Below are positions 1 to 7,452 of a DNA stretch of 41,624 bases, one piece after another. The notes below the pieces were generated by a model. The model made no database searches, had not been told where the DNA came from, and was given only the letters and a program-made list of their open reading frames with translations. The stretch is from Vicinamibacterales bacterium (GTDB taxonomy: Bacteria > Acidobacteriota > Vicinamibacteria > Vicinamibacterales > SCN-69-37). How positions within the stretch are numbered: position 1 is the stretch's first letter; every line of letters starts with the position of its first letter. The stretch covers positions 1-41,624 of the forward strand of contig JBKJTD010000412.1 of NCBI GenBank assembly GCA_046590915.1, read 5' to 3'. Both the position numbers and the translations under genes were made by a program.

Positions 1-131
1 AGGGCCAAGGCCTGCACTCGCGCCACCGCTTCGTCTTGAGTCCGGCCATACGACAGGACTCCAGACAGGGCAGGGACTTCAGCAATCCATCGACCATCAC
101 CCTCACGATCAATCTCGATTTCAAATGTCAT
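1..131 (-). CDS. hicB: HicB-family type II antitoxin (partial, runs off window start)
   Basis: Manual translation of the minus strand from ATG at 131 (alternative in-frame ATG at 137): MTFEIEIDREGDGRWIAEVPALSGVLSYGRTQDEAVARVQALA..., the typical HicB pattern (E.DG.W.AEVP.L.G..sYG.T..EA). Not in the ORF track. Confidence 0.85.
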   Translation of the reverse strand, partial: MTFEIEIDREGDGRWIAEVPALSGVLSYGRTQDEAVARVQALA

Positions 132-164
132 CGACATGGCAATCACCCAAGGCTAATGTAGCCG

Positions 165-1167
165 TGTGAAATCCCAGGACTAGGGTGACATTTGCTGGCT
201 CTTCTACGATGGAGAGCCTATGACCAAGACAGAGCAGATGCGATTGACCGCCTGGCGGCAGCGGGTACTTCGCGAGGCCGAGGCCACACCCCGCACTATT
301 GCCCAGACGTGTCGGCATTTCGGGGTGTCCCGAAAGACGTTTTACAAGTGGAAGCGGCGCTTGGCCGAGCACGGCGACGCGGGGTTGACTGACCGGCCGC
401 GGATTCCGCGCCACTCGCCGCGGGCGACCCCGCAGGATGTCGTCAGCAAGATTCTGTATTTGCGGCAGCACTATCACTTCGGTCCAGGGCGGGTCGCCGC
501 CTATCTGGAGCGCTTTCATCAGGTGCGCATTGCTCCGTCGTCAGTCCATCGCATCCTGCAGCGACACGGGATGAACCGCCTGCCGGCCAATCAAAAGCAC
601 CGGTCCCACGGCAAGCGCTGGCAACGCTATGAGAAGCGCCAACCGGGACATCGGCTGCAGGTCGACGTGAAGTTTCTCGAGCGTATCCCCGGCACCAAGA
701 AGCGGCTGTACCAGTTCACTGCCATTGACGACTGCACACGGATTCGCGTGCTCAAGATTTTCGACGCCTGTGACCAGCGCACCGCGATCCGCTTCTTCGA
801 CGAAGTCGCGCGACGACTTCCATTTCGGATCTTCGTCGTGCAGACCGACAATGGCGCCGAATTCCAGTCGCGGTTCCACTGGCACGTGGAGGGCCTCGAC
901 GTGCGGCATGTCTACATTCGGCCGCGTACGCCCCATCTCAATGGGAAGGTTGAGCGGTCACACCGGGTCGACGACCAGGAGTTCTACCAGCTGCTCGACC
1001 AAGACGGCATTGCCGATGACATTCACCTGTTCAACGAGACGCTGCGAGAGTGGGAAGACTATTACAATTACCATCGGCCCCATGGCGCCCTAGACGGCCA
1101 AACGCCCTACGAGCGCCTACTGGCCAAAACTCAAGCCGGCGTGTTACCGAAGTCCTAGGACCTTACA
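165..1167 (+). mobile_element. IS481-family insertion sequence (~1.0 kb)
   Basis: Imperfect 26-bp terminal inverted repeats TGTGAAATCCCAGGACTAGGGTGACA (165-190) and TGTTACCGAAGTCCTAGGACCTTACA (1142-1167), 19/26 matching, with TGT...ACA ends flanking a single transposase. No target-site duplication seen. Confidence 0.85.
220..1158 (+). CDS. IS481-family DDE transposase
   Basis: N-terminal HTH (CRHFGVSRKTFYKW) and rve core motifs QVDVK, AIDDCTR, QTDNGAEF, NGKVERSH, YNYHRPH. The stop codon lies inside the right IR. Confidence 0.95.
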   Translation: MTKTEQMRLTAWRQRVLREAEATPRTIAQTCRHFGVSRKTFYKWKRRLAEHGDAGLTDRPRIPRHSPRATPQDVVSKILYLRQHYHFGPGRVAAYLERFHQVRIAPSSVHRILQRHGMNRLPANQKHRSHGKRWQRYEKRQPGHRLQVDVKFLERIPGTKKRLYQFTAIDDCTRIRVLKIFDACDQRTAIRFFDEVARRLPFRIFVVQTDNGAEFQSRFHWHVEGLDVRHVYIRPRTPHLNGKVERSHRVDDQEFYQLLDQDGIADDIHLFNETLREWEDYYNYHRPHGALDGQTPYERLLAKTQAGVLPKS

Positions 1168-1174
1168 GCGGCCG

Positions 1175-1250
1175 GCATAACACCAAGTGGAGCCGACGTC
1201 CTGGGCCCGCTCACGCGTGCCCGAGGCCGCAGCTCATTACGGCAGGGCCG
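1175..1250 (+). other. Degenerate integron attC-like hairpin
   Basis: GCATAAC (R''-like), ACCAAGTGGAGCCGACG, an inner stem (CCTGGGC...GCCCGAGG), then CGCAGCTCATT pairing with the left arm with bulged bases. The R' GTTRRRY box is missing. Confidence 0.45.
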
Positions 1251-1376
1251 CGCCACGGCTTCACGCAGACCCGCGACTTGGTGATTCCAGCCATGCGCGG
1301 ATAGCCGCAGTGCCTGAATCTCCGATCTAGGTCCGACCACGAGCCGCCCACGTCTCCGACCGATAGGCCTTGTCGA

Positions 1377-1517
1377 GGATGCCTTGTCCGCCTCCAAGCC
1401 GTCCAGATACTTGAGAAATAACAGCCACGTCCACTGCTCGGTGTAGTCGAGTTCGGTGGTGCACCCGGCTTCTTTGCGCAGGACGTTGTCGATGTTCCGG
1501 AAGGCATGTTCAATCAT
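1377..1517 (-). pseudogene. hsdM: N-terminal fragment (~47 aa) of a type I restriction-modification methyltransferase (HsdM)
   Basis: MIEHAFRNIDNVLRKEAGCTTELDYTEQWTWLLFLKYLDGLEADKAS matches the conserved HsdM N-terminus. The frame continues as unrelated low-complexity sequence with no SAM-binding or NPP motifs. Confidence 0.8.
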
Positions 1518-1556
1518 GGGCAGGCAGAGGGATTGCACCTCCGCCGGGAGCGTACA

Positions 1557-2492
1557 ATGTCGTCCGACATGAAGATCGCGATCATCGGTGCAGGCGCGGT
1601 GGGTGGCTACTACGGGGCGTTGCTCTCGCGCGCGGGGGGGGACGTCAGTTTTGTAGCGCGTGGCGCGCATCGGGACGCCATCCGAGCCAACGGCCTTCGC
1701 ATCATCGGCGTGCAGGGCGATTTCACGGTCCAGTTGCCCGCGGAAGACGACCCCTCGAAGATTGGCCCCGTTGACGTCGTCATCCTCACGGTCAAGACCT
1801 ACGACAACGGATCGGCGTTTCCGCTGATCACCCCTCTGCTTGGGCCGGACACCTGCGTACTCACGCTGCAGAACGGCGTGGACAGCGCCTCGGATCTGGC
1901 CGGCGTCATCGGTGAAAGCCGAGTGCTTGCCGGGCCCACCTACATCGCAACGGCGATCGAGGCGCCGGGTGTCATTCGCCAGACGGGCAGCCATCGCCGG
2001 ATCGTGTTCGGCGAAGTCTTCAGCCCGCCCGCCCAGGTGACACCCCGTGTAAAGGACCTCGCGGATCTCATGTTGGCCGCTGACATCCATGCCGAGCCGG
2101 TCTCCGACGCCCGCATTCCGCTGTGGGAGAAGTTCATTTACCTCGCCCCCTTTGCCGCTTTCACTGGCGCGGCGCGTAAACCGATTGGCGCCATATGGGA
2201 AGACGAAGAGGCGCGGGCGACGTTCATGGAGGCTGTTGCCGAAGTCGAGCGCGTCGCCCGCGCATCAGGGATCAACGTCAATGCCCACGTGCGTGACAAT
2301 ATTGCGACGTACACCGCCGGCATTCCCGCCTCGACCCGGTCATCACTGCTCATCGATCTTCAGGCCGGCAAACGTATCGAAGTGGAATCACTGCCCGGCT
2401 CGGTTGTGCGTCGCGGCCGCGCAGTCGGCGTCCCGACGCCCATCATGCAGGGTCTTTATGCTGTGCTCAGGCCGTGGGCAATGGGGCAATGA
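1557..2492 (+). CDS. panE: 2-dehydropantoate 2-reductase (ketopantoate reductase)
   Basis: MKIAIIGAGAVGG, VKTYD, LQNG, LWEKF, SSLLIDL...RIEVE motifs. Start at 1557 or 1569. Confidence 0.92.
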   Translation: MSSDMKIAIIGAGAVGGYYGALLSRAGGDVSFVARGAHRDAIRANGLRIIGVQGDFTVQLPAEDDPSKIGPVDVVILTVKTYDNGSAFPLITPLLGPDTCVLTLQNGVDSASDLAGVIGESRVLAGPTYIATAIEAPGVIRQTGSHRRIVFGEVFSPPAQVTPRVKDLADLMLAADIHAEPVSDARIPLWEKFIYLAPFAAFTGAARKPIGAIWEDEEARATFMEAVAEVERVARASGINVNAHVRDNIATYTAGIPASTRSSLLIDLQAGKRIEVESLPGSVVRRGRAVGVPTPIMQGLYAVLRPWAMGQ

Positions 2493-2500
2493 GGCAATGA
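2477..2500 (+). repeat. Octamer tandem repeat (GGCAATGR x3) at panE/tauE junction
   Basis: GGCAATGG GGCAATGA GGCAATGA; supplies the panE stop codon. Confidence 0.7.
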
Positions 2501-2504
2501 CGTC

Positions 2505-3320
2505 GTGCTGACGACGGTGTTTGTCATGCTGGCCGGGGCTGGGGCCGGCAGCCTCGGGGCGATGCTTGGCCTGGGCGGCGGCATTTTCCTGGTGCCACTA
2601 CTCAACATTGCGCTGGGCATTCCCATCGACAAAGCGATGGCCATCAGTCTGGTGACGGTAGTCGCCACGTCCAACTTTGTCTCGGTGTCTTCGGCCGGAC
2701 GCAAGTACGCCAATGCGCGACTGGCAATGGTGCTCCAAGTCGCGGCCGCGATCGGAGCATTATGCGGCCTGTGGATCCTCAACTACGTGGACGAGCGCTC
2801 ACGGGAACTGATCTTTGCCGGCACCGCGCTGCTGGTGGCGATCGTCATGATCGCGCGACTCAACGCCCGCAACGTGCTCGATCCTGGCGTCACCGACGTC
2901 GGTCTGCTTGGCGGCCGTGTTGAGGACCCTGACACCGGCGGCTTGGTGGCGTACCGCCTCAAGCGACTCCCGTTCGGACTGTCGGTCACCTTTGTCGCCG
3001 GTATCATTTCGTCGCTGGCCGGTGTGGGAGGCGGCGTACTCGTGGTCCCGGCACTCAACTCCTGGTGCGGCATCCCGATGCGCGTCGCCGCAGCGACCAG
3101 CGCAGTCATCCTCGGCGTTACCGCGATGCCCGCCGTGATCGACTATTACCTGCGCGGACACCTCACGATGCCCACGTTGGCCGCGGCCGCTGTGTTGGGT
3201 GTGCTCGCCGGGTCACGCGCCGGTTTCTGGATCAGCTCACGAGTGAGCGTGCGCGCGCTGAAAATCCTGATGGCGGTGATCCTCGCGGGGGTCGCAGCGG
3301 AGTACCTCTTCTTCAAATGA
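2505..3320 (+). CDS. TauE/SafE-family (TSUP) sulfite exporter-like membrane protein
   Basis: Two GLGGG/GVGGG..VP repeats, A.ATS motif, about 8 hydrophobic segments. Confidence 0.9.
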   Translation: MLTTVFVMLAGAGAGSLGAMLGLGGGIFLVPLLNIALGIPIDKAMAISLVTVVATSNFVSVSSAGRKYANARLAMVLQVAAAIGALCGLWILNYVDERSRELIFAGTALLVAIVMIARLNARNVLDPGVTDVGLLGGRVEDPDTGGLVAYRLKRLPFGLSVTFVAGIISSLAGVGGGVLVVPALNSWCGIPMRVAAATSAVILGVTAMPAVIDYYLRGHLTMPTLAAAAVLGVLAGSRAGFWISSRVSVRALKILMAVILAGVAAEYLFFK

Positions 3321-3661
3321 CGACCATCTCGCTCGCCACACGCCTTCGTTCGTCGCTGCGCATCGCGCTGGCCGCCACGTCCGCCTGCTTGGGCATGGGC
3401 TTGGTGATGTGGTTTCTGGTGTCAGGTCCCGCTCAAGCAGTCGCCACAGCGATGATCTGGGCCGGCCTCGCGCTGCTCGTCGTCATTCCCGCCATGAACG
3501 TCGTCGCGGTCCTTCTGGACGAATGGTCTGCCACGCCCCGTGCGTTTGCCTGGGCGGCCGCCGGCGTCCTGGCGCTGCTCGTCATCTCGACGGCATACAA
3601 GATCTGGAGGGCGGGTTCCTTCTTCGGATTGGGTTCCTTCGTCGGAGCCGTCGGGCTTTAG
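3317..3661 (+). CDS. Small membrane protein, DUF1634-like partner of TauE
   Basis: ATGA overlap with the tauE stop; 3 hydrophobic helices with GL.LL...P...V motif. DUF1634 commonly follows TSUP genes. Confidence 0.7.
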   Translation: MTTISLATRLRSSLRIALAATSACLGMGLVMWFLVSGPAQAVATAMIWAGLALLVVIPAMNVVAVLLDEWSATPRAFAWAAAGVLALLVISTAYKIWRAGSFFGLGSFVGAVGL

Positions 3662-3669
3662 CCCGACGG
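3642..3669. repeat. REP-like palindrome, copy 1
   Basis: GGAG-CCGTCGGGCT-TT-AGCCCGACGG; 24 nt match (1 mismatch) to the reverse complement of 22225-22248. Confidence 0.75.
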
Positions 3670-3718
3670 ACCTCAGTCGGGCTGATGCCCGGCTGCTCCG
3701 AAGAGAGCCCGTGCGGCA

Positions 3719-4747
3719 TCAGCGCAACGAGTCGTCGTCGGCGAACTCTTCCGGGCTCGAAGGGATGGTGCCGGAGTGGGCAGCCGCCTCTCGCAGCCGC
3801 TCGTCGGCGGCGTTGCGCATACGATCGAGCAGCGACGAAATCCGCTCGGTCTGACGCGCCACCTTCTCAATCTCGCCAGCCGCCGCCGGGTGCAGCTTCT
3901 GCATAATCCCGCACTGACCAGCGATCACCTGCAACCCGCTGTTGATTTCCGTGGCAATCGACAACGTCATCTCCGCCGTCGCCTCCATCGTCTTGAACCG
4001 ATCCAGCGCCAGATACTGCTGCTGAACCACGTAGGCAAACGCGAGCACTTCGGCGAGCGGCTGGAGAATGTCACGATGTGAGACGTCAAATGCGGCCGTC
4101 TGCTTCGAAATGACCGTCAATGCACCAATCGCACGGTTGCGTGAAATCAGCGGCAGGATCAGCAACGAGTGAAATCCCTGCGACGCAAGCACGCCGGCGT
4201 CATGGAAGTCGGACGCGAATGTCTTCGTGTCTTCGATCAGCACCGGCTCACAGGTGCGAATCACCTGACCGAAAATGCTCCGTTCCAGGCTGAACTGCAA
4301 TTCGGCGCGCGGGCGACGACGACGCTCGGGTTCGCTGACGCGGGAGCTGTAGACCTGGAGCGACTGGCCATCGTCTTTCACCAGTGCGAGTCCGATACGG
4401 TCGCAGGGGATCAGTGTGCCGATGCGGCGCGTGAGCGCCTGGAAGGCGAGTCCGACGTCCTTGGAGCGGCCCGCCATGGTGAGCATTTCGTTCAGCGTGC
4501 CGAGCTGAGCGAACTCCGTGAGCGTCGCTTCATGCTGGACGCGTCGCTGGTGAAGTTCCGATTTCAGTGTAGTGATGAGTCGGGACGCAGCGAGGGCGAA
4601 CCCCAGGATCGCGCCCCAGGCAATCACCAGGTGCAGCGCTGTGGCCTGGCCGGACGTCAACCACTCGCGCTCGGCGCCCGCCCACACAAGGGCCTGCAAT
4701 GCCGCGGCGGCAAGAACAGCGACCAGGAGCGTGCGGGACTGGTTCAT
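3719..4747 (-). CDS. Membrane-anchored GAF-domain protein with degenerate HisKA-like C-terminus
   Basis: Two N-terminal TM segments, GAF signature (SLLILPLISRNRAIGALTV...F), C-terminal IATEINSGLQVIAG resembling an H-box. ATGA overlap with the upstream gene. Confidence 0.8.
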   Translation of the reverse strand: MNQSRTLLVAVLAAAALQALVWAGAEREWLTSGQATALHLVIAWGAILGFALAASRLITTLKSELHQRRVQHEATLTEFAQLGTLNEMLTMAGRSKDVGLAFQALTRRIGTLIPCDRIGLALVKDDGQSLQVYSSRVSEPERRRRPRAELQFSLERSIFGQVIRTCEPVLIEDTKTFASDFHDAGVLASQGFHSLLILPLISRNRAIGALTVISKQTAAFDVSHRDILQPLAEVLAFAYVVQQQYLALDRFKTMEATAEMTLSIATEINSGLQVIAGQCGIMQKLHPAAAGEIEKVARQTERISSLLDRMRNAADERLREAAAHSGTIPSSPEEFADDDSLR

Positions 4748-7398
4748 TCGCTCTCGAGTTTGTACGCGTCCGCCGTGGGGCGCAACGGTCGATCAAACCA
4801 TGCAGGTCGCCGAGTGCCATCGGGTCCCGGCGCGGGACGCGTCTTGGCCATCCACTCTTTGTAGAGCTCGTGGGACTTGTTCGTGTCCACACAGACGTCG
4901 CCGTAGTGATCGTCTGGACCGGCTTTTTCGAGCCGCACTTTCTGGTGCCAGCAGTGCATGCCGGAGACCGGGTCGGGCTGAACCGGAAAGGTCAGATTCT
5001 GGTGCACGCCGACCTCGGTCCACCAGACGCGGCTGCTGTCAGGATCCTTGCTCGAGAACGGCTGGGCGCCATGGACCTGACGCATCTCGACCTTGCCGTC
5101 GGCGGATCGTGAAATCTTGACGAGCGCCGTCGCGTTGCGGGAACCGCCCTTGTCCTCGTCCAGCCGCCACCGGCCAAGGTGGTGAGACATGCCGACCACG
5201 CCGGGGCGAATGCCTTCGGTGACCCACGCGCGCGTCACAAAAAACCCGATGCCGGTGTGCACCTTGACGAGGTCGCCGGTGGCAATCCCGAGCCGCGCCG
5301 CATCCCCGGTCGCCATCCAGAGAGGGTTGCTGTGTGAAATTTCATACAGCCACTTCACAGGGGAGCGCGTGTGAATGAGTGTCGGCAACCGGAAGTTCGG
5401 CAGCAGATCGAATTCGTTTTCCGACCGGTTCAAGTCGCGCCAGTACACGTGCCCTGGTACGTAGCGGGGAATCGCGTGTTCGGGCCAGCCCCATTCGGCG
5501 AGTGTGGTCGAGTAGAACTCCAATTTCTTCGACGGCGTTGTGAAGCCGGAGGCCTCGTAGGCCTTGCTGTACGCGACCTCATCCACCTGAAACGCGCCGT
5601 ACTTGCGCATGTACTGCAGCGGCGTGAGGTCTTCCTTCGCGGCGGCCTCTGGCAGGCCGGGAACGGAGTTCTCAAACATCCAGCCGTAGTAGTCGTCCAT
5701 GGTGATCTTTTCGCCAGGGCGATACGGGGATTCAAAAAACTTGCGGATGCCGAGTGAGCCGTCCGGATCGATCTTCCAGGACAACGCGACCCAGAACTCG
5801 GACTCTTCCCACACCTCACCAGGATTGGCTTCGTGGGTGAGTGCCACCGGGTTGCCCTGTTTTTCGAGTGCAACACGTTTGACCGGCTGCCTGAAGCCGA
5901 GCCATCGGCCCGCATGGGTCTCCTGGCTCATCGTGTCGTGACGTTCAGTGCCCAGGCCCATCGGCAGGATGTAGTCGGCGAACCACGCGGTCTCGCTCCA
6001 GATCGGCGTGAGCGCGACGTGCATGCCGATCTTGGATTCGTCCTCGAGCACTTCCATCCAGGTGAAGCCGTCGGGGTTGGTCCAAAGCGGGTTGTAGACG
6101 CGTGTGAAGTACACGTCGAGTTTGCCACGGCCTTCTTTGAGAAAGTGGGGCAGCAAAAAACTCATCTCGTGGAAGGAGAGCGGGAACTCCTTCGGGAACA
6201 ACAACTCGTTCCAGTAGTTGGGTGCCGGTGGAGGATTGGGATGTTTCGGAACGAACTTGTTGGTGGTGTGCAGATTGACGCCACCCTTTTCGCCGATGGC
6301 GCCCATCAACGCGACGAGCAGGTACAGCGCGCGCGTGATCTGCCAACCCCACAGGTGGCCAGCGGCAGCTGCCCGCCAACTGTGTGTCGCGAATGCTGTG
6401 CCTGCAGACGCGATGGCTTCAGCGGCTTCGATAATCTTGTGCGCCGGCACCCCGCTCTCGATCTCGGCGTACTCGGGCGTGAAGAGCTCGTATTCCTGCT
6501 TCAGTGCGTCTTCGAATGCGTCGAACGTCCTGGGGAGATCGGGCCGCATCGCGTCGAGGTACTGCTCCCAGTTCACCCATTTCTCGACGTAGGGTCGGTT
6601 GTACTTCTTGTTGTCGATCAAATACCGCGCGATGGCCAGAATCAACGCGCCTTCGGTGCCGGGATTGGCCGGCAGCCACAAGTCGGACTTGGCCGACGTG
6701 TTCGACATGCGCGGATCCATCACGATGAGCTTGGCGCCGGCGGCTTTGCCCTCGATGATGCGCTGCGCGTGCGGGTTGAAGTAGTGACCTGATTCCAGGT
6801 GCGACGACAGCAGCAGAATCGTCTTGGCGTTGGCGTAGTCGGGTGACGGCCGATCCGCGCCGGTCCACAAGAAGTGGCCGAGGCGTGCCGAAGACGAGCA
6901 GACGTTGGTGTGGCTGTTGTGACTGTCGAGGCCCCACGACTGAATCACGCGATTCGCGTAACCGTCTTCGCCAGGCCGACCGACGTGGTACATGATTTCG
7001 CGCTTGCGGTCCTCGGTGATCGCCTTGCGCACACGGGCGCCGATGTCTTCCAGCACTTCGTTCCAGGTGACACGTTCCCACTCGCCGCCGCCGCGTTTGC
7101 CGATGCGCTTGAGTGGATACAGGATGCGATCCGGATCTTCGAGCTGATTGGGGGTGACCACGCCCTTTGCACAGGTCCGGCCGCGGCTGCCCGGATGGAC
7201 CGGGTTGCCTTCAATCTTGCGAACGTTCAGCGTGTCCTTGTCGACGTACGCGAGAATTCCACACGCCGACTCGCAGTTGAAGCAGATGCTGGGAATGATC
7301 CAGTAGTTGCGCCGGTCCTTCTTGGGCCAACTGGTGGACTCGAAGTCAACGTAGTTGTCCCAATCGGAAACCGGTGGGTGTGATCGAAACTCCGTCAT
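4744..7398 (-). CDS. Molybdopterin (bis-MGD/DMSO reductase family) oxidoreductase catalytic subunit
   Basis: CFNCESAC...CAKG 4Fe-4S motif, DRILYPLKR, SHTNVCSS (putative Cys ligand), DPR.S, ADYILP, C-terminal molydop-binding domain. No twin-arginine signal. Confidence 0.93.
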   Translation of the reverse strand: MTEFRSHPPVSDWDNYVDFESTSWPKKDRRNYWIIPSICFNCESACGILAYVDKDTLNVRKIEGNPVHPGSRGRTCAKGVVTPNQLEDPDRILYPLKRIGKRGGGEWERVTWNEVLEDIGARVRKAITEDRKREIMYHVGRPGEDGYANRVIQSWGLDSHNSHTNVCSSSARLGHFLWTGADRPSPDYANAKTILLLSSHLESGHYFNPHAQRIIEGKAAGAKLIVMDPRMSNTSAKSDLWLPANPGTEGALILAIARYLIDNKKYNRPYVEKWVNWEQYLDAMRPDLPRTFDAFEDALKQEYELFTPEYAEIESGVPAHKIIEAAEAIASAGTAFATHSWRAAAAGHLWGWQITRALYLLVALMGAIGEKGGVNLHTTNKFVPKHPNPPPAPNYWNELLFPKEFPLSFHEMSFLLPHFLKEGRGKLDVYFTRVYNPLWTNPDGFTWMEVLEDESKIGMHVALTPIWSETAWFADYILPMGLGTERHDTMSQETHAGRWLGFRQPVKRVALEKQGNPVALTHEANPGEVWEESEFWVALSWKIDPDGSLGIRKFFESPYRPGEKITMDDYYGWMFENSVPGLPEAAAKEDLTPLQYMRKYGAFQVDEVAYSKAYEASGFTTPSKKLEFYSTTLAEWGWPEHAIPRYVPGHVYWRDLNRSENEFDLLPNFRLPTLIHTRSPVKWLYEISHSNPLWMATGDAARLGIATGDLVKVHTGIGFFVTRAWVTEGIRPGVVGMSHHLGRWRLDEDKGGSRNATALVKISRSADGKVEMRQVHGAQPFSSKDPDSSRVWWTEVGVHQNLTFPVQPDPVSGMHCWHQKVRLEKAGPDDHYGDVCVDTNKSHELYKEWMAKTRPAPGPDGTRRPAWFDRPLRPTADAYKLESE

Positions 7399-7450
7399 TG
7401 GCCCATTGCCTCATTCCCCCATTGGCTCATTGACCACGGCCCCATTGGCT
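7396..7450 (-). repeat. Degenerate octamer tandem repeat (NNNCAATG) filling the nrfCD/molybdoenzyme intergenic gap
   Basis: Plus-strand units CATTGGCC CATTGCCT CATTCCCC CATTGGCT CATTGACC ... CATTGGCT with period 8. The terminal unit supplies the ATG of the downstream gene. Confidence 0.7.
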
Positions 7451-7452
7451 CT

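Noticed and set aside
1155-2090. 311-aa minus-strand ORF as a real gene
   Set aside because: Mostly antisense to panE; only the internal 1377-1517 part is meaningful (hsdM stub).
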